A stretch of DNA of 64,000 nucleotides from the human T2T-CHM13v2.0 reference genome, Homo sapiens. The position numbers and the translations under genes are program-made. Each line of letters opens with the position of its first letter. Positions within the stretch are counted from its first letter, which is position 1. The notes under the pieces were generated by a model. It searched no databases. It worked only from the letters and a program-made list of their open reading frames with translations, and had not been told where the DNA came from. This document shows, piece after piece, positions 1-17,661 of this stretch. The stretch lies in assembly GCF_009914755.1 (NCBI RefSeq), contig NC_060930.1. One strand, written 5' to 3'.

Positions 1-94
1 TTTTGGTTTTCTCTCTGTCTCTTCTGTCTGTCTGGCTGCCTGGCTCTTTCTCACTCTCTGTCTTTTTCTGTCTCTCTCTCTCTCTGTCTCTCTC
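1..94. repeat. CT/CTGT-rich simple repeat
   Basis: Runs of tctc/tctg visible directly. Confidence 0.85.
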
Positions 95-1299
95 AAAGAA
101 AGACAACAGAAAAGCTAACTTTAATACCTTGAGTTTCAGTGAGCTGACTGATTAATACGCTTGTGAATTCTTAATAAGAGAAGTGTGCATATTCATAGTG
201 ATGTTTATTAATTCATAAAGCAGCTGCTCAAAGGCAGCTAGTGGAGAACGACATCTCCTCCCACAGAATCCTCTTGGCAGTGATCAGGCCTTTTCCCTTC
301 CTGATCGTTTTGAGTGCAGCCTTAACATTGAAAACTGATGGCCCTTTATCTGCCCTGGGAAGGGGAATCTCTCCTGCCAGCAGGAGGCCACAGGGATTGG
401 AGTTTCAGATCTAAATCTCCCAATGTGTAGAGGCTGAAATAAAAAACTTAATGAGACTAGTAGAGTCCACAGCTCATTTCAATTATTTTTAATTGTTTTC
501 AGATGCTGCCCGGCATGCTTCATTTAGTTCTGCAATAAACAGAGCATACAGCATGGTTGTGGATCTCACTAGAGACCCAAAGAAAACATCCCACAGGAAA
601 TGATGAAAAATAATAAGAGCATTATATGTATTGGAGCGTGGACCAGGCAGTTGAAGTGGAAAACACAGGGGAGGGTAGGACCGGTTCTGGTGCATCCTCT
701 ACTTGGAGATTCACAGGGAGCCTCACTTTTAATTCTTACCATCACTCCTGAAATTGAAATTCAGTGAATAAACAGTGAGGCCCACAGTGAAATCCACCCA
801 AGCTGGCTGAAACTAGTCTTTACTAGGCTTCCTTCTCCTAAAGTAGTTCCTTCTTACCCTTGGGGAAAAGGATGACCACCTATTAGAGGTATTTGAGACC
901 TCAACATACAGAAAGTTGCAGAATATTTGCTAATAATCTGAGAGGACTTGTTACACCAAAAGCACCTCCTAGCACCCTGATCTGAAATGTGAGTCAACAT
1001 TTATAAAGTTGCTCAAAGATTTAATTGAAAACTCCCAAAAGCCACTATTGGATGTTATTGAAGAGCATACCATTCAAAAAAATTAAAATATTTGCTTTTA
1101 ATGTCTTTAAAACGTTTCATCATTTTGTCCAGAAGACCAAGACATCATCATTGGGGCTTAATTGAATAGCATTGTAATACCTAAATGCACTATAGGAGTT
1201 ATTGAACATAGTATTGAAGTATTTGGCTGCAAGTGAAAATCCTTTTTTTTAATTCCGTGTGCAATGATTCTCGACTCTACACACAAGGAGCCGTAAAGA

Positions 1300-1425
1300 C
1301 TTAAAAATGATGTCCAGTTCCCACCTCCCAGACCTATTGAATGTGAATATCTGTGGATAAGGCTTGGGTATGTCATTTTTTACTTAAAGGTCTCCCAGGT
1401 AATTCTGACGTTTAGCCATGTTTGA
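1300..1425. mobile_element. MER5-like hAT-Charlie DNA transposon remnant
   Basis: ccagacctattgaat...ctcccaggtaattctga resembles the MER5A core; diverged; boundaries approximate. Confidence 0.4.
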
Positions 1426-2161
1426 TGCCCTCTGACTCATAAATTCAGTAGTTTATGTGTAGAATCCCTCCCTAACATATGTACTCACAAAAGAGAAATA
1501 TACATATATATAAAAAAAGAGAGAAATGTATACCTTTATGAATGTGTGTTATGTATATATGTACATATATACAAATATATTAAGTTACAAACAAATATAT
1601 TAAGGGTGGCAAATATGCTGACTATGAGCACTTGCCCCCACCTAGGCACTCTGGCTCTGATGTGAATGCAGTGATAGTGGCTGCAAGTGATAAGCTGTGT
1701 AGGTGCTCTGGAGGGCAGCCATGGGCCATCATGGTACCTGGCCTCTGAAGGCTATGTCTGCTCTCCAGCCCATATCACCTTTTTTCCTGATATTTGTATT
1801 TTATGCTACTTTTTCCTGATAACAAAAGTCATCGTCATTAGGAATAATTACTGAAGGCATAAAAATAAAAACACAAATTAGCAGTGTTTTAACATTTCAA
1901 AAGTAATGATCCATATATTGGCATATTTTCTTCCATTTTTCCCTCAAGATATATATATTTGTATCACTATTGCAGATGGTTATATATATTTTTTATTAAA
2001 TATTACATAACTAACATTTCCATTGTCCATTTTTCCATGTCCATCCCATTAAATACTGTTTCAACACATTTTAATGAATATACTTTTCCCTTTCCCTTAT
2101 ATTTATGTTCTATAACTTACCAAGAACCTATAGAAACTATTTCTAATGTTTTCTTTTATAA

Positions 2162-2546
<385 letters not shown>

Positions 2547-3325
2547 ATATGTGATTTATTTTTTAGAAAATATTGAAGATAAAAGGGCAAGTGAGGAGAT
2601 TTTTAAAAATTCTTCACATGTGTTTCCCAATGAATAAAAGTTCATGTAATGAACTCTCACTTGGAGGGTAGAAGAGTGACTGTTTCACCTTTTCTTCAGT
2701 CATATTGAGAATTACAAATTACAAAATTTTTAGCTAATTTTACATTGAAACAATGTCATTGTTGTTTTAATATTAATCTCTTTCATTACCAGTGAAGATG
2801 GATCTTCTGGGAATTGTCTGTTCATGGCCCTTTTAGTGGTTTATTAGTGCTTTCCTCTCTATTTTACGACCTCTTTATATAAGGCACTAACCTAACGTTT
2901 GTCATATTTGTGGCCCATATGTTTCTAGATTTTAAATTGCCTTATAACTTATTTATGGTGTTCTTTTGCATCTAAATGCTTTTGTTTATACATTGCCAAG
3001 TTTGCCTATTTACATTGATACTTTTTATCATTCTGTGTAAGCTTAGGAAAACTTTCCCACCCCAGAATCAATGAACAATTTACATCTACTTTCTTCTAGT
3101 TTATTGTGCTTTCATTTCTCACTTTTAAATATTTAAATAACATGGAATTCAATTTGGTGTTGTATGAATTGCGAGCCAGCAAACTTGATTTTTCCCCAAT
3201 ACTAAATTTATTGAACAGTTCATTCCTTAATTATTATTCAATCTTATACATCCATATAGGTATGTTTATATTACAGACTATGCGATCTAATTTTTTTATT
3301 TTGTTCTAATATCAAATTAAAAAGA

Positions 3326-3639
<314 letters not shown>

Positions 3640-4615
3640 CTTCTGGACTCATACACTTAAAAATAGCTTGAAAATACCCTTTCATTTTTTTTCTCTTTTG
3701 TAAAACTTTCTCAAATGTTCTTTAAATTACATGTATACTTTTATTTTCTCTGTAAGATTTTATTTTAATTTTGCCTCTATTTAAAAACTGTTGCGTACTT
3801 GAGTCATTTTATTTTTAAAGCCCATCCTAAGAAACTTAACCATTCAATGAGATTAATTTACTTAACTTTATTGGCATCTCTAATATGTTCAAACATCTGT
3901 CATCATTTTGTTGGCAAGTTTTCTATTTTTCTTTTATTTGTTTTTTTAGCTGCCTTGCTCATTAATTTGTTTTTTGATTTGCTAGGTGTGTATTTGTTTC
4001 TTACTATTTTTGTTGAGAATATATTTATGATTTCTCACTATAAAAGATAAAAACTTTCTCTCAATATTTTCAATCTTTGTAAATTTAATATACAGTAATA
4101 TACTTAATCTATTAGTACATAATTTTTTCTTTAATAATACAGTTCTTTTTTTCAGCAATAACTAACTTTTGGATTAGTCATCATCAAGTAAAATACAAAT
4201 ACTCCAATAGAAACATAGATATCATTTTCTGGCAGGGGAGGAGCCAAGATGGCCAAATAGGAACAGCTCCGGTCTACAGCTCCCAGCCTGAGCGACACAG
4301 AAGATGGGTGATTTCTGCATTTCCATCTGAGCTTTGAAGAGAGCAGTGGTTCTCCCAGTACGCAGCTGGAGATCTGAGAACGGGCAGACTGCCTCCTCAA
4401 GTGGGTCCCTGACTCCTGACCCCCGAGCAGCCTAACTGGGAGGCACCCTCCAGCAGGGGCACACTGACACCTCACACTGCAGGGCATTCCAACAGAACTG
4501 CAGCTGAGGGTCCTGTCTGTTAGAAGGAAAACTAACAAACAGAAAGGACATCCACACCAAAAACCCATCTGTACATCACCATCTTCAAAGACCAAAAGTA
4601 GATAAAACCACAAAG

Positions 4616-5632
4616 ATGGGGAAAAAACAGAACAGAAAAACTGGAAACTCTAAAAATCAGAGCGCCTCTCCTCCTCCAAAGGAACGCAGCTCCTCACCAG
4701 CAATGGAACAAAGCTGGACGGAGAATGACTTTGACGAGCTGAGAGAAGAAGACTTCAGACGATCAAATGACTCTGAGTTACGGGAGGACATTCAAACCAA
4801 AGGCAAAGAAGTTGAAAACTTTGAAAAAAATTTAGAAGAATATATAACTAGAATAAACAATACAGAGAAGTGCTTAAAGGAGCTGATGGAGCTGAAAATC
4901 AAGGCTCAAGAACTACGTGAAGAATGCAGAAGCCTCAGGAGCCAATGTGATCAACTGGAAGAAAGGGTATCAGTAATGGAAGACGAAATGAATGAAATGA
5001 AGCGAGAAGGAAAGTTTAGAGAAAAAAGAATAAAAAGAAATGAGCAAAGCCTCCAAGAAACATGGGACTATGTGAAAAGACCAAATCTACGTCTGATTGG
5101 TGTACCTAAAAGTGATGGGGAGAATGGAACCAAGTTGGAAAACACTCTGCAGGATATTATCCAGGAGAACTTCCCCAATCTAGCAAGGCAGGCCAACGTT
5201 CAGATTCAGGAAATACAGAGAATACCACAAAGATACTCCTCGAAAAGAGCAACTCCAAGACACATAATTGTCAGATTCACCAAAGTTGAAATGAAGGAAA
5301 AAATGTTAAGGGCAGCCAGAGAGAAAGGTTGGGTTACCCTCAAAGGGAAGCCCATCACACTAACAGTGGATCTCTTGGCAGAAACCCTACAAGCCAGAAG
5401 AGAGTGGGGGCCAATATTCAACATTCTTAAAGAAAAGAATTTTCAACCCAGAATTTCATATCCAGCCAAACTAAGCTTCATAAGTGAAGGAGAAATAAAA
5501 TCCTTTACAGACAAGCAAATGCTGAGAGATTTTGTCACCACTAGGCCTGCCCTAAAAGAGCTCCTGAAGGAAGCACTAAACATGGAAAGGAACAACCAGT
5601 ACCAGCCGCTGCAAAATCATGCCAAAATGTAA
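4616..5632 (+). CDS. ORF1: L1 ORF1p RNA-binding protein/nucleic acid chaperone, intact 338 aa
   Basis: MGKKQNRKTGNSK... full length; REKG, ARR and YPAKLS motifs retained. Confidence 0.93.
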   Translation: MGKKQNRKTGNSKNQSASPPPKERSSSPAMEQSWTENDFDELREEDFRRSNDSELREDIQTKGKEVENFEKNLEEYITRINNTEKCLKELMELKIKAQELREECRSLRSQCDQLEERVSVMEDEMNEMKREGKFREKRIKRNEQSLQETWDYVKRPNLRLIGVPKSDGENGTKLENTLQDIIQENFPNLARQANVQIQEIQRIPQRYSSKRATPRHIIVRFTKVEMKEKMLRAAREKGWVTLKGKPITLTVDLLAETLQARREWGPIFNILKEKNFQPRISYPAKLSFISEGEIKSFTDKQMLRDFVTTRPALKELLKEALNMERNNQYQPLQNHAKM

Positions 5633-5695
5633 AGACCGTCGAGACTAGGAAGAAACTGCATCAACTAACGAGCAAAATAACCAGCTAACATCATA

Positions 5696-9518
<3,823 letters not shown>

Positions 9519-10169
9519 ACAATGAGATCACATGGACACAGGAAGGGGAACATCACACTCTGGGGACTGTTGTGGGTTGGGGGGAGGGGGGAGGGATAGC
9601 ATTGGGAGATATACCTAATGCTAGATGACGAGTTAGTGGGTGCAGGACACCAGCATGGCACATGTATGCGTATGTAACTAACCTGCACAATGTGCACATG
9701 TACCCTAAAACTTAAAGTATAATAATAAAAAAAATATAAATAAATACAACTCTATTTTCTGATCTCAAAAAAAAAAAAAAAAAAAAGAAATATAGCTATC
9801 ATTCAGAAATGGGCAATTTACAAAAGAAAACAAATTTCTACTAATGATATCACAATTACAAATTCCATGTGTAAATATGAGCATATTAATTATTACCTGT
9901 TAATTAAAATATGCATTTTTAATTGTAAGACTTATCTTTAAAGGGAAGAGGGAGAAATTAATTTTTACATCTGTTCTTGGGTATCTTTCTGGTGAGAATT
10001 AGTATCGAAAGCCTTTGAAATGATCACATATTCTGACCTGGAAATTCTATTTCTAAGTGTTGTCCAATAAGAATAATGGCACCTATATTAATAAACATAC
10101 CAAAACAATCAAATAGTATTTATAATAATGAAAAAAACTATTTAAATATCCCACAATAAGAATATCTTT

Positions 10170-10350
10170 CATTTATCAAGCACTTGCTATGTGACATACA
10201 TATAATTTTATACATAATTTTCACAACAACCTAGGGAGGTAGATGCTATTAATATTCTTGTTTTATAGATTTGAAAACTGATACATAGAGCTAGTAATGG
10301 CTCATGCCAATCGGAACTCAGGCAGCCTAGTTCCAGAATCTGGGCTTTAA
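10170..10350. mobile_element. MIR SINE
   Basis: cacaacaacctagggaggtagatgctattaat...ttttatagatttgaaaactga, the MIR core. Confidence 0.6.
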
Positions 10351-12247
10351 CCAGTGATACAACAGCTGCTTCTCAACAATGACCAGTTTAATTTAATGTA
10401 GTCAGTCTAAGCAATATGAGATTAATTGCCTTCATTCTATTCTATACTCATGCAATTGAATAATCTACTTCTATGCTTGAGTTTCTGACTTTGATTAGCT
10501 TCTAAGTTGGTTTGATCTATGAATACAGTCTCAAAAAATATGCACTAGAGTTACAGGTTCTGAGTCACATCATGGTCACCTTTATACATAATCAACAATC
10601 TGGTTGGACATAAAAGTCTTGGGACACAATCATTTCTTTGCAAAACTTGATGTTTGTTTCTCCATTGTAATTTAGCACTTTGTGTTGTGTTATGCATTTA
10701 ATGTTTAAAAGTTATGAAAATTTTTGGACCAAAAAAAGACTAAATTTATTCTGTTTATATATGAAATTATTTGCAGGAATGTATTCTTCCCTTTTGTCAT
10801 CAAATACTTTCTTTCATGCTCAATATCTTTCAATGTCACTGAGTGATTATCTATCTGATTTTGGTTTTAGCCTAGAATTGGAATGAGATTTTATAGGACC
10901 TCTTGCTTCCATACAGCTTAGAGAGGTGGGATGGGCATCTTCCCGGCAGTGTCTTTTTCTCAATACCTTCACAACTTTGCAGTATAAAAACAAAGTTCAG
11001 GTTAATGTGTACAGCCCAATTGCAATGCCTAAGCATCAATGAACCTCTCCAGGGCTGCTGGATAAAGACAGAATTACTCTGACACTTATGGTCAGTTATT
11101 CTAAGAGTACGGAGGCATTTGGAGTCTATTTTGAGCAATTTAATGAATGAAAGACTACACTCCACTTCTATTTTTTTCTAGCAGTTTTATGTTTTCCCGT
11201 TTTATTTTCAATTTTCCCCCTAACTAAACTTCCTGTATATCTGTGTTCACTTTTCCTCTTTCAGCTAGTTGTATGCCTTAGAAGATCAATTTTGGGAAAA
11301 TGTATCAGAATTTTTTTCCTGTCCCATAAAATGTCTTTATTATATACGAGGTAAGCATATAACTTTTTCTATTCAGTGTGCTTACTGTATTCTGAGGTAG
11401 GAACTTACAGTAGGGAAGAGTTTGAAGGTCTTTGCCTATATATATATATTTTAAGATACCTGCCTTGCTCTGCTTTGAAGGATAGATCACAAGGATACAG
11501 TCAAGGAAGTGTTGTTTTATGATTCACACCATCCACAATGGAGGTAGCACAAAGTTTCCCAAATAACCACCAATGACCTTCTCTTTAGCTATCAATGCTA
11601 TTGCCAGTTTTCTTGCAATTTTATGGAAACATTGGAAGGAGATATATAAGAATAATTTAGCCATATTGAGTCAAAACACTCTCTGCACCCCTTTTTCATC
11701 TTATGAAAAATATCCAACAAAACATGCATGTCATAGGCTCTTTATACTTGTTTCATGTGTAATATAAATATGTACTCTCTTTTGATCTTCTTAAGATTGT
11801 TTACATGCACTACTGACTTCCATAAAAACATTAATGAACAATGCTGATATTTTAGGGGACATATAAAAGGCAGATAACAGTACACTTCAAATAGCAAAAA
11901 CAAACAAAATAACTGGGATTTTTTTATTAAATTGCTTAATGAAAACACTTCACTGCATTGTCCCAAAACCAAGATTTCTCTTTTTGCTCCTACACAATAT
12001 GTTCCTCAGATTTACTGCCTTTGGTCCCCATGCTCTCACATGCACGCTTTCCCTGCCCCCTGCTGCCCAATTACACAGAGAAAATTCAGGTCTACCCGGC
12101 TTCTATCTTCAAACTTTATAATAGTAACCCAGACCACCTTCAGTCCTCATAAAAAAAAGGTTATTAGTTAAACACCTTACACACAAGCATCAATGAATCA
12201 TATTTTGTTATTTAAAATCTAATACCCCTATGATACTAATCAAAATA

Positions 12248-13421
<1,174 letters not shown>

Positions 13422-15350
13422 TAAAACTTACTCTATCATTTTATGTGTAGGTGGAGATAATTAAGAAAAATGGCTGTATTAACTGTCTTCAATACTAGCC
13501 AGCAAATTCTGCCTCACTTCCAAAGACTTTTCACTCTTCACAGATCTAGAGTTTTATTCTCTTTTTATGTGCTTATAATATTTATTTTTTATATCAGTTA
13601 TTTGGCAGCTAGGTATCTAATATCTTGTTGTATCTCTTATGTTGCTGTCAAAGTTAAAAGAGATTAAGAGTCTAAATCTGTAATATTTTGTTCTTTATTA
13701 ATTTTGCATTAATTTTATTATTTAGAATATTACTTTAAAATCTTCTTTATCTTGATTATTCAATTTTTTTAACCTCTTCTCAAATTTTGTATTGAAAGCA
13801 AGTGCCTTGTTTGCCTCACCCTAGGCCCAGCCTTGAGAGCTCAGTAAACAGATACCTTATACAAATCAAAAATTTACCAATTGGGCTCTTTGGCTCTGTA
13901 TTCAACTGAAGAAATTGGATCTTAAGCCCAAACCTGGGTTTTTCTGTTGATAGTGTATTCCCAGGTTGCTAGCTGTTTCTCTAGATATAGGTTTGTGCCT
14001 ACATATGAGACTCCCCACTGCCTTAATCTCTGATGCAGTATGGGCCTCTTGCTGCATCTTAACCATCTGCCTATTTCTTGACCACCACTTTCCAGGCTGA
14101 ATATGCATCTCAGGATAATCCCCTGTGATAAACCTCTTCTATGATGCCCGGTTGACTCAACTCTCATCCACTGTTTAACCTTGTATCCACTGTACTTTGT
14201 ATCCCCACTGTACAATCAGGTTTCCTGATTTCTCAGTCTATAAACGAAACCTGCTACTATGCCAATGGCTACCTCTAAGTTGTTTCAAAACTTTTAGTTT
14301 GGTGCATCAATTCCCAAATGAGCTTATTCTGCCAAATCCTGTTCTGACTGATAAAATGTGAATAATTTCATAAAAGTCAATAGAAGAAAAAATTCCAAGG
14401 AGAAGATTATGGTTCAACAGTCAGAAATGCTATTCAAAATGTTGAATGATTAAAAATCAGGCAAAGGCCATTGATTTGATTATTTTATTGCTTTCTTGGA
14501 TTTCATAGATGGATGAATTTCATTTCTTTTAATTCAGCACATATTTATTAAAGGCTAGTGTGCTAAGTCCTGCTCATTTCTGTAACAGCATTACATAGCT
14601 TAAAGAGATACTCGCAAAATAAATATTGTTGTGTCTCTTAGTTTTCACATATCTTGAACACAATTACAGTAGAATTATTAATAAGACCTTGGTAACCTTT
14701 ATGGAAGATTTTCAGTATAGTGGTTATGGAAGACACTAAAGTGAAAAATGAAGAGTGATGGGGATGAAGTGGAGTTGGCAGGTAGATTTTTCAAAATTTG
14801 ATTGTAAGAGAGGAAAGAGCCTTTGCTTTAAAGGGAAAAAATTATTTGTTTATTTTGGTTGTGATTGATTTTTGTCTATGTATATTCATTATGGCTGAGA
14901 TTTGGGCTTGTTTTCTGATAAGAGGGGAGGATGCAGCTGATAGGTAGAACCTGGAGGATGTACTGACAGAAGAAAATTATGAATCAGAGTTTTAGAAGAG
15001 AAGAATTATAAATAAGTTGCATGTGAAAGTATTCACCTCACAAAGAGTAGGCCTATCTATCTGCTACAAGAGAAGCAAATAAACATAAAGAAAATGAGTA
15101 TTTTGTATGTTTGTGCTAAGGAATGAATTGGAATATTTGTCTAAGGGCCTTGATTTTTTTTCCATTCATACATCATATTTGATCTCCAAATGGTATGGTT
15201 TTTGGGAGTAGAACTAAAATCTATTGACAAGCAAAGAATATTTGGGACAATTTTACAAGAACTATGATAGGAAAGAGATGCATAAAATATTTGGCAAAAA
15301 GCATTGAGAGCCTATTGATTTCAGGTAGCATGAATTCATGGTAGTCCCTA

Positions 15351-17661
15351 TGTATTAGTCCATTTTCATGCTGCTGATAAAGACATACACAAGACTGGGA
15401 AATTTACAAAAGCAAAGAGGTTTATTGGACTTACAGTTCCACATGGCTGAGGAGGCCACACAGTCATGGCAGAAGGTGAAAGGCACATCTCAAATGAAGA
15501 GAAGAGCACAAGAGAAGAGACAAGAGAAGAGAGACCTTGTGCAGAGAAACTCCCCATTTTAGAACCATCAGATCTCATGAGACTTATTCACTATCACGAG
15601 AACAGTGCAGGAAAGACCTGCCCCCATGATTCAATTACTTCCCACCAGGTTTCTCCCACAACACATGGGAATTGTGGGAATTACAATTCAAGATGAGATT
15701 TGGGTGGTGACAAACCCAAACCATATCATTCTGCCCCAATCCCTCCCAAATCTCATGTCCTCACATTTCAAAACTAATCATCCCCTTCTAAAAGTCCCCC
15801 AAAGTCTCAACTCATTTCAGCATTAACTCAAAAGTCTACAGTCCAAAATCTCATCTGAGACAAGGCAAGTCCCTTCTGCTTATGAGCCTGTAAAACCAAA
15901 AGCAAGTTAGCTACTTCTTAGATACAATGGGGGTACTGATATTGTGTAAATACAGCCATTCCAAATGGGAGAAATTAGTCAAAACAAAGGGGCTACAGGC
16001 CCCAGCCCCATGCAAGTCCAAAATCCAGCATGGCAATCAAATCTTAAAGCTCCAAAATGATCTCCTTTGACTCCATGTCACACATCCAGGTCATGCTGAT
16101 GCAAGAGGTGGGGTCTCATGGTCTTGGGCAGCTCCACTCCTGTGGCTTTGCAGGGTACAGCCTCCCTCCCTGCTGTTTTCACAGGCTGGCATTGAGTGTC
16201 TGAGGCTTTTCCAGGTGCATGGTGTAAGCTGTCAGTGGATCTACCATTCTAGGGTCTGGAGGACAATAGCCCTCTTCTCACAGCTCCATTAGGTGGTACC
16301 CCAGGAGGGATTCTGTATGGGAGCTCTGACCCCATATTTCTCTTCCACACTGCCTTAACAGAGGTTCTCCATGAGGGCCTCCCTCCTGCGGTAAATTTCT
16401 GCCTGGATCTCCAGGCATTTCCATACATCATCTGAAATTTAGGCAGAGGTTCCCCAATCCTCAATTCTTTACTTATATGCACCTGTAGGCTCAACAGCAT
16501 GGGGAAGTTGCCAAGGCTTTGTGCTTACACCCTCTGAAGCTATGGCCCAAGCTCTACATTGGCACATTCTAGTCATGGCTAAATTGGCTGGGACACAGAA
16601 CACCAAGTCCCTAAGCTGTACATAGCATGGGATGCTGGGTGCAGCCCATGAAACCATTTTTCCTTCCTAGGCCTCTGGGCCTGTGATGGGAGGTGCTGCT
16701 GTGAAGACCTCTGGCATGCCCTGGAGACATTTTCCCCATTGTCTTGGAGATTAACATTTGGCTTCTTGTTACTTATGCAAATTATTTCTGCAGCTGGCTT
16801 AAATTTCTCCTCAGAAAATGAGATTTTCTTTTCTATTGCATTTTAAGGCTGCAAATTTTCTGAACTTTTATGCTCTGCATCCCTTATAAAACTGAATGCT
16901 TTTAACATCACCCAAGTCACCTCTTGAATGCCTTGCTGCTTAGAAATTTCTTCTGCCAGATACCCTAAATCATCTCTCTCAAGTTCAAAGTTCCACAGAT
17001 CCCTAGGGCAGCAGTCTCTTTGTTAAAACTTAACAAGTGTCAGCTTTGCACCAGTTCCCAACAAGTTCTTCATCTCCATCAGAGACCACCCCAGCCTGGA
17101 TTTCACTGCCCATATCATTATCAGCATTTTGGTCAAAGCCATTCAACAAGTCTCTAGGGAGTTTCAAGCTTTCCCATATTTTCCTGTCTTCTTCTGAGCC
17201 CTCCAAACTGTTCCAATTCTCTCTGTAACCCAGGTCCAAAATTGCTTCCACATATTCCTGTATCTTTTTAGCAGTGCCCCATTCTGCTGGTACCAATTTA
17301 CTCTATTAGTCAGTTTTCATGCTGCTAATAAAGACATCCCTGAGACTGGGCAATTTACAATAAAAAAAGAAATTTATTGGACTTACAGTTCTACGTGGCT
17401 GGGGAGGCCTCACAATCATCCAGAAGATGAAAGGCACGTTTCACATGGTGCAGACAAGAGAAGAGAGAGATTGTGCAGGAAAACTCCCCTTTTTAGAACC
17501 ATCAGATCTCATGACACTTATTCACTATCATGAGAACAGCATGGGAAGACTTGCCCCCATGATTCAATTACCTTCTACTGGGTTCCTCCCACAATACATG
17601 GGAATTGTGGGAGTTACAACTCAAGATTAGATTTGGGTGGGGACACAGCCAAACCATATTA
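15351..17661 (-). mobile_element. Complete THE1 (THE1A/B) MaLR element: LTR, internal region, LTR
   Basis: LTRs 15351-15728 and about 17302-17661; about 1.6-kb internal region; perfect 5-bp TSD cccta at 15346-15350 and 17662-17666. Confidence 0.92.

Noticed and set aside
377-388. CTCF-like motif ccagcaggaggc
   Set aside because: Single imperfect match, expected by chance in 64 kb
4152-4613. 153-aa antisense ORF over the L1 5'UTR (ORF0?)
   Set aside because: ORF0 lies in the segment removed by splicing; this ORF is a chance frame across the junction
9573-9596. G-quadruplex-forming G-tract
   Set aside because: Standard part of the L1 3'UTR, not locus-specific
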